DNA from: Eledone cirrhosa | Lineage: Eukaryota | Reading direction: 5' to 3' | Length of the DNA stretch: 64,000 nucleotides | Assembly: GCA_964016885.1 (NCBI GenBank) | Contig: OZ024740.1 | Location: 268,770,001-268,834,000, forward strand | Shown: one piece after another, positions 10,231 through 24,607 of the stretch | Layout: every line of letters starts with the position of its first letter | Numbering within the stretch: the stretch's first letter is position 1 | Notes under the pieces: generated by a model | Told to the model about the DNA's origin: nothing | Databases searched by the model: none | The model's input: only the letters and a program-made list of their open reading frames with translations | Position numbers and translations under genes: made by a program

Positions 10231-13200
10231 GTGTAACTGTATGTGTGTATATGAGTTAGACAGTGTAGCTGTATGTGTGTATATGAGTTAGACAGTGTAA
10301 CTGTATGTGGGTATATGAGTTAGACAGTCTAGCTGTATGTGTGTATATGAGTTAGACAGTGTAACTGTATGTGTGTATATGAGTTAGACAGTCTAGCTGT
10401 ATGTATGTATATGAGTTAGACAGTCTAGCTGTATGTGTGTATATGAGATAGACATTCTAGCTGTATGTATGTATATGAGTTAGACAGTGTAACTGTATGT
10501 GTGTATATGAGTTAGACAGTCTAGCTGTATGTGTGTATATGAGATAGACAGTCTAGCTGTATGTGTGTATATGAGTTAGACAGTGTAACTGTATGTGTGT
10601 ATATGAGTTAGACAGTCTAGCTGTATGTGTGTATATGAGTTAGACAGTCTAGCTGTATGTATGTATATGAGATAGACAGTCTAGCTGTATGTGTGTATAT
10701 GAGATAGACAGTCTAGCTGTATGTATGTATACGAGATAGACAGTCTAGCTGTATGTATGTATATGAGTTAGAAAGTGTAGCTGTATGTGTGTATATGAGT
10801 TTGACAGTGAAGCTGTATGTGTGTATATGAGATAGACAGTCTAGCTGTATGTATGTATATGAGTTAGACAGTCTAGCTGTATGTGTGTATATGAGATAGA
10901 CAGTCTAGCTGTATGTATGTATATGAGTTAGACAGTCTAGCTGTATGTATGTACATGAGTTAGACAGTCTAGCTGTATGTATGTATATGAGTTAGACAGT
11001 CTAGCTGTATGTGTGTATATGAGATAGACAGTGTAGCTGTATGTATGTATATGAGATAGACAGTCTAGCTGTATGTATGTATATGAGTTAGACAGTCTAG
11101 CTGTATGTGTGTATATGAGATAGACAGTGTAGCTGTATGTATGTATATGAGTTAGACAGTCTAGCTGTATGTATGTATATGAGTTAGAAAGTCTAGCTGT
11201 ATGTATGTATATGAGTTAGACAGTGTAGCTTTATGTATGTATATGAGATAGACAGTCTAGCTGTATGTGTGTATATGAGTTAGACAGTGTAACTGTATGT
11301 GTGTATATGAGTTAGACAGTCTAGCTGTATGTGTGTATATGAGATAGACAGTCTAGCTGTATGTGTGTATATGAGTTAGACAGTGTAACTGTATGTGTGT
11401 ATATGAGTTAGACAGTCTAGCTGTATGTATGTATATGAGATAGACAGTCTAGCTGTATGTATGTATATGAGTTAGACAGTGTAGCTTTATGTATGTATAT
11501 GAGATAGACAGTCTAGCTGTATGTATGTATATGAGTTAGACAGTGTAGCTTTATGTATGTATATGAGATAGACAGTCTAGCTGTATGTGTGTATATGAGT
11601 TAGAAAGTGTAGCTGTATGTGTGTATATGAGATAGACAGTGTAGCTGTATGTGTGTATATGAGTTAGACAGTCTAGCTGTATGTATGTACATGAGTTAGA
11701 CAGTCTAGCTGTATGTGTGTATATGAGTTAGACAGTCTAGCTGTATGTGTGTATATGAGATAGACAGTGTAGCTGTATGTGTGTATATGAGATAGACAGT
11801 CTAGCTGTATGTATGTACATGAGTTAGACAGTCTAGCTGTATGTGTGTATATGAGTTAGACAGTCTAGCTGTATGTGTGTATATGAGATAGACAGTGTAG
11901 CTGTATGTGTGTATATGAGTTAGACAGTCTAGCTGTATGTATGTATATGAGTTAGACAGTCTAGCTGTATGTATGTACATGAGTTAGACAGTCTAGCTGT
12001 ATGTGTGTATATGAGTTAGACAGTCTAGCTGTATGTATGTACATGAGTTAGACAGTCTAGCTGTATGTATGTACATGAGTTAGACAGTCTAGCTGTATGT
12101 GTGTATATGAGTTAGACAGTCTAGCTGTATGTATGTATATGAGATAGACAGTCTAGCTGTATGTGTGTATATGAGTTAGACAGTCTAGCTGTGTGTATGT
12201 ATATGAGTTAGACAGTGTAGCTGTATGTATGTATATGAGATAGACAGTCTAGCTGTATGTATGTATATGAGATAGACAGTCTAGCTGTATGTATGTATAT
12301 GAGTTAGACAGTCTAGCTGTATGTATGTATATGAGATAGACAGTCTAGCTGTATGTGTGTATATGAGTTAGACAGTGTAACTGTATGTATGTATATGAGA
12401 TAGACAGTCTAGCTGTATGTATGTATATGAGATAGACAGTCTAGCTGTATGTGTGTATATGAGTTAGACAGTGTAGCTGTATGTATGTATACGAGATAGA
12501 CAGTCTAGCTGTATGTATGTATATGAGTTACACAGTCTAGCTGTATGTATGTATATGAGATAGACAGTGTAGCTGTATGTGTGTATATGAGATAGACAGT
12601 GTAGCTGTATGTATGTATATGAGATAGACAGTGTAGCTGTATGTGTGTATATGAGTTAGAAAGTGTAGCTGTATGTGTGTATATGAGATAGACAGTGTAG
12701 CTGTATGTATGTATATGAGATAGACAGTCTAGCTGTATGTATGTATATGAGTTAGACAGTGTAGCTGTATGTGTGTATATGAGTTAGACAGTCTAGCTGT
12801 ATGTGTGTATATGAGATAGACAGTCTAGCTGTATGTGTGTATATGAGTTAGACAGTCTAGCTGTATGTGTGTATATGAGTTAGACAGTCTAGCTGTATGT
12901 ATGTATATGAGATAGACAGTCTAGCTGTATGTATGTATATGAGTTAGACAGTCTAGCTGTATGTATGTATATGAGTTAGAAAGTGTAGCTGTATGTGTGT
13001 ATATGAGATAGACAGTCTAGCTGTATGTATGTATATGAGATAGACAGTCTAGCTGTATGTATGTACATGAGTTAGACAGTCTAGCTGTATGTATGTATAT
13101 GAGTTAGAAAGTGTAGCTGTATGTGTGTATATGAGATAGACAGTCTAGCTGTATGTATGTATATGAGATAGACAGTCTAGCTGTATGTATGTATATGAGA

Positions 13201-16200
13201 TAGACAGTGTAGCTGTATGTGTGTATATGAGTTAGACAGTCTAGCTGTATGTGTGTATATGAGATAGACAGTCTAGCTGTATGTGTGTATATGAGTTAGA
13301 CAGTCTAGCTGTATGTGTGTATATGAGTTAGACAGTCTAGCTGTATGTATGTACATGAGTTAGACAGTCTAGCTGTATGTATGTACATGAGTTAGACAGT
13401 CTAGCTGTATGTATGTATATGAGTTAGACAGTGTAGCTGTATGTATGTATATGAGTTAGAAAGTGTAGCTGTATGTGTGTATATGAGATAGACAGTCTAG
13501 CTGTATGTATGTATATGAGATAGACAGTCTAGCTGTATGTATGTATATGAGATAGACAATCTAGCTGTATGTGTGTATATGAGTTAGACAGTCTAGCTGT
13601 ATGTATGTATATGAGATAGACAGTCTAGCTGTATGTATGTATATGAGTTAGACAGTCTAGCTGTATGTGTGTATATGAGATAGACAGTGTAGCTGTATGT
13701 GTGTATATGAGATAGACAGTGTAGCTGTATGTATGTATATGAGTTAGACAGTGTAGCTGTATGTGTGTATATGAGTTAGAAAGTGTAGCTGTATGTATGT
13801 ATATGAGATAGACAGTCTAGCTGTATGTATGGATATGAGTTAGACAGTGTAACTGTATGTATGTATATGAGTTAGACAGTGTAGCTGTATGTGTGTATAT
13901 GAGTTAGACAGTGTAGCTGTATGTGTGTATATGAGATAGACAGTCTAGCTGTATGTATGTATATGAGTTAGACAGTGTAGCTGTATGTGTGTATATGAGA
14001 TAGACAGTGAAGCTGTATGTATGTATATGAGTTAGACAGTGTAGCTGTATGTATGTATATGAGTTAGACAGTGTAGCTGTATGTATGTATATGAGTTAGA
14101 CAGTGTAGCTGTATGTGTGTATATGAGTTAGACAGTGTAGCTGTATGTATGTATATGAGTTAGACAGTGTAGCTGTATGTGTGTATATGAGATAGACAGT
14201 CTAGCTGTATGTATGTATATGAGTTAGACAGTCTAGCTGTATGTATGTATATGAGTTAGACAGTCTAGCTGTATGTGTGTATATGAGTTAGACAGTCTAG
14301 CTGTATGTATGTATATGAGATAGACAGTCTAGCTGTATGTATGTATATGAGTTAGACAGTCTAGCTGTATGTATGTATATGAGATAGACAGTCTAGCTGT
14401 ATGTGTGTATATGAGTTAGACAGTCTAGCTGTATGTATGTATATGAGATAGACAGTCTAGCTGTATGTATGTATATGAGTTAGACAGTCTAGCTGTATGT
14501 ATGTATATGAGTTAGACAGTCTAGCTGTATGTGTGTATATGAGTTAGACAGTCTAGCTGTATGTATGTATATGAGATAGACAGTCTAGCTGTATGTATGT
14601 ATATGAGTTAGACAGTCTAGCTGTATGTATGTATATGAGATAGACAGTCTAGCTGTATGTGTGTATATGAGTTAGACAGTCTAGCTGTATGTATGTATAT
14701 GAGATAGACAGTCTAGCTGTATGTGTGTATATGAGTTAGACAGTCTAGCTGTATGTGTGTATATGAGTTAGACAGTCTAGCTGTGTGTATGTATATGAGT
14801 TAGACAGTGTAGCTGTATGTGTGTATATGAGTTAGACAGTCTAGCTGTATGTATGTATATGAGTTAGACAGTCTAGCTGTATGTGTGTATATGAGTTAGA
14901 CAGTCTAGCTGTATGTATGTATATGAGTTAGACAGTCTAGCTGTATGTGTGTATATGAGATAGACAGTGTAGCTGTGTGTATGTATATGAGTTAGACAGT
15001 GTAGCTGTATGTATGTATATGAGTTAGACAGTGTAACTGTATGTGTGTATATGAGTTAGACAGTCTAGCTGTATGTATGTATATGAGTTTGACAGTGTAA
15101 CTGTATGTATGTATATGAGTTAGACAGTGTAACTGTATGTGTGTATATGAGTTAGACAGTCTAGCTGTATGTGTGTATATGAGTTAGACAGTGTAGCTGT
15201 ATGTGTGTATATGAGTTAGACAGTCTAGCTGTATGTGTGTATATGAGTTAGACAGTCTAGCTGTATGTATGTATATGAGTTAGACAGTCTAGCTGTATGT
15301 GTGTATATGAGTTAGACAGTCTAGCTGTATGTATGTATATGAGTTAGACAGTGTAGCTGTATGTATGTATATGAGTTAGACAGTGTAACTGTATGTATGT
15401 ATATGAGTTAGACAGTGTAACTGTATGTATGTATATGAGTTAGACAGTCTAGCTGTATGTATGTATATGAGTTAGACAGTGTAACTGTATGTATGTATAT
15501 GAGTTAGACAGTCTAGCTGTATGTGTGTATATGAGATAGACAGTCTAGCTGTATGTGTGTATATGAGTTAGACAGTGTAGCTGTATGTGTGTATATGAGT
15601 TAGACAGTCTAGCTGTATGTATGTATATGAGTTAGACAGTGTAGCTGTATGTATGTATATGAGATAGACAGTGTAGCTGTATGTATGTATATGAGTTAGA
15701 CAGTCTAGCTGTATGTATGTATATGAGTTAGACAGTGTAACTGTATGTATGTATATGAGTTAGACAGTCTAGCTGTATGTGTGTATATGAGATAGACAGT
15801 CTAGCTGTATGTGTGTATATGAGTTAGACAGTGTAGCTGTATGTGTGTATATGAGTTAGACAGTCTAGCTGTATGTATGTATATGAGTTAGACAGTGTAA
15901 CTGTATGTGTGTATATGAGATAGACAGTGTAGCTGTATGTATGTATATGAGTTAGACAGTGTAGCTGTATGTGTGTATATGAGATAGACAGTGTAGCTGT
16001 ATGTGTGTATATGAGATAGACAGTCTAGCTGTATGTGTGTATATGAGATAGACAGTCTAGCTGTATGTGTGTATATGAGATAGACAGTGTAGCTGTATGT
16101 ATATATATGAGATAGACAGTCTAGCTGTGTGTATGTATATGAGTTAGACAGTGTAGCTGTATGTATGTATATGAGTTAGACAGTGTAGCTGTATGTATGT

Positions 16201-19200
16201 ATATGAGTTAGACAGTGTAACTGTATGTATGTATATGAGTTAGACAGTGTAGCTGTATGTATGTATATGAGTTAGACAGTGTAACTGTATGTATGTATAT
16301 GAGTTAGACAGTGAAGCTGTATGTATGTATATGAGTTAGACAGTGTAGCTGTATGTATGTATATGAGTTAGACAGTGTAGCTGTATGTATGTATATGAGT
16401 TAGACAGTGTAGCTGTATGTATGTATATGAGTTAGACAGTGTAGCTGTATGTATGTATATGAGTTAGACAGTGTAGCTGTATGTATGTATATGAGTTAGA
16501 CAGTGTAGCTGTATGTGTGTATATGAGTTAGACAGTCTAGCTGTATGTATGTATATGAGTTAGACAGTGTAGCTGTATGTATGTATATGAGTTAGACAGT
16601 CTAGCTGTATGTATGTATATGAGTTAGACAGTGTAACTGTATGTATGTATATGAGTTAGACAGTGTAGCTGTATGTATGTATATGAGTTACACAGTCTAG
16701 CTGTATGTGTGTATATGAGTTAGACAGTGTAGCTGTATGTATGTATATGAGTTAGACAGTGTAGCTGTATGTGTGTATATGAGTTAGACAGTGTAGCTGT
16801 ATGTATGTATATGAGTTAGACAGTGTAGCTGTATGTATGTATATGAGTTAGAAAGTGTAGCTGTATGTATGTATATGAGTTAGACAGTCTAGCTGTATGT
16901 ATGTATATGAGTTAGAAAGTGTAGCTGTATGTATGTATATGAGTTAGAAAGTGTAGCTGTATGTATGTATATGAGTTAGACAGTGTAGCTGTATGTGTGT
17001 ATATGAGTTAGACAGTGTAGCTGTATGTGTGTATATGAGTTAGAAAGTGTAGCTGTATGTATGTATATGAGTTAGACAGTGTAGCTGTATGTATGTATAT
17101 GAGTTACACAGTCTAGCTGTATGTGTGTATATGAGTTAGACAGTGTAGCTGTATGTATGTATATGAGTTAGACAGTGTAGCTGTATGTATGTATATGAGT
17201 TAGACAGTCTAGCTGTATGTATGTATATGAGTTAGAAAGTGTAGCTGTATGTATGTATATGAGTTAGACAGTGTAGCTGTATGTATGTATATGAGATAGA
17301 CAGTCTAGCTGTATGTATGTATATGAGTTAGACAGTCTAGCTGTATGTGTGTATATGAGTTAGACAGTGTAGCTGTATGTATGTATATGTGTTAGAGAGT
17401 GTAGCTGTATGTATGTATATGAGTTAGAAAGTGTAGCTGTATGTATATATATGAGATAGGCAGTCTAGCTGTATGTATGTATATGAGTTAGACAGTGTAG
17501 CTGTATGTATGTATATGAGTTAGACAGTCTAGCTGTATGTATGTATATGAGTTAGAAAGTGTAGCTGTATGTATGTATATGAGTTAGAAAGTGTAGCTGT
17601 ATGTATATATATGAGATAGGCAGTCTAGCTGTATGTATGTATATGAGTTAGACAGTGTAGCTGTATGTATGTATATGAGTTAGACAGTCTAGCTGTATGT
17701 ATGTATATGAGTTAGAAAGTGTAGCTGTATGTATGTATATGAGTTAGAAAGTGTAGCTGTATGTATGTATATGAGTTAGACAGTGTAACTGTATGTATGT
17801 ATATGAGTTAGACAGTGTAACTGTATGTATGTATATGAGTTAGACAGTGTAGCTGTATGTATGTATATGAGTTAGACAGTGTAGCTGTATGTGTGTATAT
17901 GAGTTAGACAGTGTAGCTGTATGTGTGTATATGAGTTAGACAGTCTAGCTGTATGTGTGTATATGAGTTAGACAGTCTAGCTGTATGTATGTATATGAGA
18001 TAGACAGTGTAGCTGTATGTATGTATATGAGTTAGACAGTCTAGCTGTATGTATGTATATGAGTTAGACAGTGTAGCTGTATGTGTGTATATGAGATAGA
18101 CAGTCTAGCTGTATGTATGTATATGAGTTAGACAGTCTAGCTGTATGTATGTATATGAGTTAGACAGTGTAGCTGTATGTATGTATATGAGATAGACAGT
18201 CTAGCTGTATGTATGTATATGAGTTAGACAGTCTAGCTGTATGTATGTATATGAGTTAGACAGTGTAGCTGTATGTATGTATATGAGATAGACAGTCTAG
18301 CTGTATGTATGTATATGAGTTAGACAGTCTAGCTGTATGTATGTATATGAGTTAGACAGTGTAGCTGTATGTATGTATATGAGTTAGACAGTGTAGCTGT
18401 ATGTATGTATATGAGTTAGACAGTGTAGCTGTATGTGTGTATATGAGTTAGACAGTGTAGCTGTATGTGTGTATATGAGTTAGACAGTCTAGCTGTATGT
18501 GTGTATATGAGTTAGACAGTCTAGCTGTATGTATGTATATGAGATAGACAGTGTAGCTGTATGTATGTATATGAGTTAGACAGTCTAGCTGTATGTATGT
18601 ATATGAGTTAGACAGTGTAGCTGTATGTATGTATATGAGTTAGACAGTGTAGCTGTATGTATGTATATGAGTTAGACAGTGTAGCTGTATGTATGTATAT
18701 GAGTTAGACAGTGTAGCTGTATGTATGTATATGAGTTAGACAGTGTAGCTGTATGTATGTATATGAGTTAGACAGTCTAGCTGTATGTATGTATATGAGT
18801 TAGACAGTCTAGCTGTATGTATGTATATGAGTTAGACAGTCTAGCTGTATGTATGTATATGAGTTAGACAGTGTAACTGTATGTATGTATATGAGTTAGA
18901 CAGTGTAACTGTATGTATGTATATGAGTTAGACAGTCTAGCTGTATGTATGTATATGAGATAGACAGTGTAGCTGTATGTATGTATATGAGTTAGACAGT
19001 GTAACTGTTTGTATGTATATGAGTTAGACAGTCTAGCTGTATGTATGTATATGAGTTAGACAGTCTAGCTGTATGTATGTATATGAGTTAGACAGTGTAA
19101 CTGTATGTATGTATATGAGTTAGACAGTGTAACTGTTTGTATGTATATGAGTTAGACAGTCTAGCTGTATGTATGTATATGAGTTAGACAGTCTAGCTGT

Positions 19201-19990
19201 ATGTGTGTATATGAGTTAGACAGTCTAGCTGTATGTATGTATATGAGTTAGACAGTCTAGCTGTATGTATGTATATGAGTTAGACAGTGTAGCTGTATGT
19301 ATGTATATGAGTTAGACAGTCTAGCTGTATGTATGTATATGAGTTAGACAGTCTAGCTGTATGTATGTATATGAGTTAGACAGTGTAGCTGTATGTATGT
19401 ATATGAGTTAGACAGTGAAGCTGTATGTATGTATATGAGTTACACAGTCTAGCTGTATGTATGTATATGAGATAGACAGTTTAGCTGTATGTATGTATAT
19501 GAGTTACACAGTCTAGCTGTATGTATGTATATGAGTTACACAGTCTAGCTGTATGTGTGTATATGAGTTAGACAGTTTAGCTGTATGTATGTATATGAGT
19601 TAGACAGTGTAGCTGTATGTGTGTATATGAGTTAGACAGTCTAGCTGTATGTATATATATGAGATAGGCAGTCTAGCTGTATGTATGTATATGAGATAGA
19701 CAGTTTAGCTGTATGTATGTATATGAGATAGACAGTTTAGCTGTATGTATGTATATGAGTTAGAAAGTGTAGCTGTATGTATGGATATGAGTTAGACAGT
19801 GTAGCTGTATGTATGTATATGAGTTAGACAGTTTAGCTGCATGTATGTATATGAGTTAGACAGTCTAGCTGTATGTATGTACATGAGTTAGACAGTCTTG
19901 CTGTTTGTATGTATATGAGTTAGACAGTATAGCTGTATGATTGTATATGAGTTACACAGTCTTGCTGTATGTATATATATGAGTTAGACA
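10231..19990. repeat. 32-bp satellite/minisatellite array, about 305 copies
   Basis: Unit gagWtagacagtStaRctgtatgtRtgtatat repeated for 9.76 kb. Confidence 0.98.
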
Positions 19991-20453
19991 AAGACGTTTG
20001 TGTGAGTATATGTAGCATTTTGTGTTGTCTTGTGATTTATTTTGTCTTTGTCTTTTACATGGCTTACGCAAAGGATAAAATGCAGGCCCCATGACTCTTT
20101 CCGGAACCTTGGAAACTGGTTGGATAGAGTATCATTAGACCGAATATATGGTCTAAATACGTACAATAGTGGACTTCGCTTGTGTGATTAAACCAGTCAA
20201 CAGATTATGTCTAATATCTAACATTTTTATGAGAAAGAGTATAAAGAATATATGCTGCGTTTGAAAGCAGTCTATATGTATATGTGTCAGAGAGTGCGTA
20301 TACGTTTGAAAGATAATAAGTAGTTTTACGTGAGTATCAGTGTGAGAAAGAGAGAGTCTGATAGAATGTAAGAAGAAGTATGTTTGTATGCGTGTGAAAG
20401 AACACATTGATCAACTGTTTGTCTATGTAGGTGTGCATACTTTTATAGATAAA

Positions 20454-20527
<74 letters not shown>

Positions 20528-21055
20528 GTATGTATGTGTGTTTGTGTGTCTGTCTCTGTGTGTGTATAAATCAATATATGTGCATGCGTACCTAGATGTG
20601 TGCTTGTAGATCTTTATGCACAGCCAGTGGTAACGTTGTGTCTCATTGAAAACGCAAGGGAAAACACAAATTGCAAAAATTAGTCATAAAATATATTTAA
20701 AATTCAGCATACTATAATGAGAAAGATCAAATTATACTAAAATAAAATTATCTAGCTAATAGAAAATACTTCCTTGTACATGTATTTAGCAGTAAATAGA
20801 AATAGAAATTGAAAAAATTATTATTTTTCAAATGAAGAGTGCGTATATGTGTATGTGTGTGTGTGTGTGTGCATGTGGATAGTTTCATGTGTGCGTATCT
20901 TCGTTCGTATATATATATATGTGTCTTTGAGTTTACTGTTTGTGATCATAGGTTAGAGGGTCTGTTATCGATACTTTCAACTGTCTCTTCAAATAGTGCC
21001 TAAGCATGTCTGTAGTGTACTGGCTGAAACCTGGAAAAGCATAATAAATTATATA

Positions 21056-21212
21056 TACCGTATTTCCCGGCGCCAAAGACAAACCCTACTTTTGACAACC
21101 AAAAATTTGGAGAGAAATAATAAACAACCTTCAGCCTCCAGGACGCATGGTAGACTTTTGAGATTAATTTTAGGAAAAAAAGGTAGCGTCTTCGATGCTG
21201 GGAAATACGGTA
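21056..21212. mobile_element. Tc1/pogo-type MITE
   Basis: Terminal inverted repeats (ta)ccgtatttccc / gggaaatacgg(ta) with TA ends; 157 bp. Confidence 0.75.
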
Positions 21213-21498
21213 AATATATTCTGAAATATAAGTAGCACATTAACACGCATGTATTTCTGATATCAACCTACCGATCGTGCCAAGCTGGGATCACAATCAA
21301 AGATTAATATGTTAGAATATATTGGAATCTTCTTCAGTAGATATCCTGCCGAAGTCTGTAATTTGAGTTCTTTATGTACAGTCGATTACAATATTCTTGT
21401 AGCAAAATGTGAGACTTTTCCGGTCCATTTCATCTCCTTCCTGCCATTTTTCACCAATCTTTTGATATTTCAGCATTTCGTATAAATATATATGTGTG

Positions 21499-21557
<59 letters not shown>

Positions 21558-22580
21558 AGATCAAAAGATGGTTAAAAGAGTTCCATGTATTTTATTATGC
21601 GCATTTCAAAAACAAATATCATCATGCAATAACATTTGCGTTTTCGTCAGATAAAATAGGGAGACATGATATGAAGGTTAAAACACACTTGTGAATAGTG
21701 CAATTTTAAATCAACATATGAAAAGTAGTTTTATATTGATGTGTGATATTGGGAAAACAAAATTTGAGGGGGGTGGGGTGGAAAGGATGAAAAAGAGGAG
21801 GAGATGAGAGTAAAAGTGGAGGGGGAGGAGTATAATGAGGGAGGATGAGATAGGAGGAGAGATGGGTGATAGATATCTGCATTGCTTTATTGTACTACAA
21901 TAAAACTCACCTCTCTGCCACTCATGTCGGATTTGTTTATCGCAAATTCGTGAGCTGATTTTCCGATACTCGATTATTCTATTATATTTAGCTCTAGACA
22001 TAGCTATTGACCAGTTAATTTTATTGTTCATTTTTTGTCGATTCTATTGAATGATGAATAGCTCCTGTTTATTTTAACATGTCTACCGAGCAATCTAATT
22101 CGATATGTGTTTTCCACATTACCGATAAATTTTCGCGAATATAGAGGTTATCTCCCTTGCTGGACTCCATGTGCGTTCTAGCTAAAGTTAACTTCTTTAT
22201 CCGTTGGACATAACCCGTTGATAAAGTGTTCCGGTCCATCCGCTCCCTAGAAGTCTTATATATTTTTATGTGGGCTGATAGGGGGCGGATTAAGGAATTG
22301 CAGAAACCCAAGAAGCTAGATTTACCACCTTTCTAGTGGGTCCGGGTAAGTTTTTTACATTCATATAAATTATTGATTTATTGATATTTTATTTGAGTGA
22401 CCCGAATCTTCCTGGTCGTTCTTTTTCGGCTGCATGGGTGATTTTAGGCATAATCTTTGTGTGTTGGTATTTTAACGATAGTTATAGCTCTGATTTATCT
22501 GCATTATTGAGCCCTCTGCCACTCATGTCGGATTTGTTTATCGTAAATTCGTGAGCTGATTTTCCGATACTCGATTATTC

Positions 22581-22656
<76 letters not shown>

Positions 22657-22659
<3 letters not shown>

Positions 22660-23170
22660 TATCTATATCCTAAATTAAGATAAATTAAATTAAATTAAAT
22701 GAATTTAATCTAAATCAAAATTATGGGTGTCATGCCAGAAAGACATGCGCCATATCACCCGGAAAATAAGCTCTAAGATTCTAATGAGTAGGTCCGAGCA
22801 TTTTATAATAACTAGAAATTGATTAACATATATATAAACATGAATAATCACAGGAGATAATTTTTACAAGGAAGATTAATCATATTATAAGGTTTCTATT
22901 TTTGAAGTTCTGGTCAACTTTATTTAGTTACCTACCTAGCTATGTGGGGTTACACGCTTGTAAAAATTATCTCCTGTGATTATTCATGTTTATATATATG
23001 TTAATCAATTTCTAGTTATTATAAAATGCTCGGACCTACTCGTTAGAATCTTAGAGCTTATTTTCCGGGTGATATGGCGCATGTCTTTCTGGCATGACAC
23101 CCATAATTTTGATTTAGATTAAATTCATTTAATTTAATTTAATTTATCTTAATTTTGGATATAGATATAT
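22657..23170. repeat. Fold-back inverted repeat, 214-bp arms and 86-bp spacer
   Basis: 22657-22870 is the near-perfect reverse complement of 22957-23170; spacer plus arm start recurs directly at 23450-23601. Confidence 0.9.
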
Positions 23171-23615
23171 AAATATGGCTCCTTAATTGTAGAGATAACT
23201 CTGTTGAAAGGACTCGACTGCTGTTTCTAGTTGTCGATAACCCTATTCACGCAACTGGGACGAAGCTACTATGATGTGTGTATTTCTAGTAAATACTACA
23301 CGTGGTGATAGCCAGTCGCAGATTTGAAATTGAAGTGTAAGAACGGATACCTGGAAATTTCTTCCTTGTTGAAAATCCAAATCTCCACTTCCGTGGTTTA
23401 CCACCCGATTAATTGGTGAAATATATTTCTTCAATGGAATATATACAGAGAAGATTAATCATATTATAAGGTATCTATTTTTGAAGTCCTGGTCAACTTT
23501 ATTTAGTTACCTACCTAGCTATGTGTGGTTACACACTTGTAAAAATTATCTCCTGTGATTATTCATGTTTATATATATGTTAATCAATTTCTAGTTATTA
23601 TATATACATATATAA

Positions 23616-23650
<35 letters not shown>

Positions 23651-23722
23651 GACAGATGACGTAGGACAGAACAATGGAGAGGCAAAAAAACAAGGCAAAA
23701 AAACAAAGAAAAGAATCCCCAA

Positions 23723-23763
23723 TCACTGAAGAGGTCACAGAATGTGTGACGAAAGAACTTTGA
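23723..23763 (+). ncRNA. Minimal hammerhead ribozyme
   Basis: tca-CTGAAGA-g gtcaca gaatg tgtgac-GAAAG-aa-CTT-tga; 6-bp stem II, very short stems I and III. Confidence 0.6.
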
Positions 23764-24120
23764 CAATATATGAACAATCGTCTGGTTGTGGAACCAACCC
23801 ACCAACCGGAAATGTATAATAAATTGAAGTGAAAGTATCTGGTGCGTGTTTTTCTTATTGGCAACATGACCCTCCCAAAGTATAACAATATCGGTTTCAA
23901 CACACGTTTTCAGATAAAGAATCTTGCTAAACAAATTGTTAAACGAAATATATATATATAAATGGAAAAAATGAAATTTCATTTCTCACTTTTAGTACGG
24001 CTGATACTTAAATATAAGTATGTATACGTACATATATATGTATACAGACGTACAGTAGTATGTATATATACATACATGCACACATATACATATGTACGTA
24101 TGGGTTTACCAAATATTTAT

Positions 24121-24173
24121 TATAATGTTCGGTTTGTTTGTAAACAAACGTCTGTATATCTATATATGTACGT

Positions 24174-24248
<75 letters not shown>

Positions 24249-24312
24249 TATGTATACGTACATATATATATATATATATGTATACAGACGTTTGTTTACA
24301 AACAAACCGAAC

Positions 24313-24318
<6 letters not shown>
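24121..24318. repeat. 38-bp inverted repeats around a (TA)n tract
   Basis: 24121-24158 is the reverse complement of 24281-24318. Confidence 0.8.
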
Positions 24319-24354
<36 letters not shown>

Positions 24355-24607
24355 ACTCGCACATACACTCCAACTCACTTTACTGAAGCCTTTGCAGCGG
24401 AAGTGTTTTCATTATTATCTGCGTACACATGAGGTGTTTCTGGAGCCTTGGTAACGTTGGAACTCCCAATGTGAGGGGTGAGCTTTACTTCCCGCATTGT
24501 ACTCGTACAAACGCCTCTTCTATTATCTAGTTATACAGGAACAAATGTCGGATAAGCTTTTGACCCCCCCCCCCCCCCACACACACACATATATATATAT
24601 TCTCTCG

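Noticed and set aside
10231-19990. CRISPR-like array
   Set aside because: Units are contiguous with no unique spacers, no cas genes, eukaryotic context; it is a satellite.
23200-23265. Minus-strand GAAAC-agca-GTC with upstream hairpin as an HHR
   Set aside because: CTGAnGA box and stem I partner are absent.
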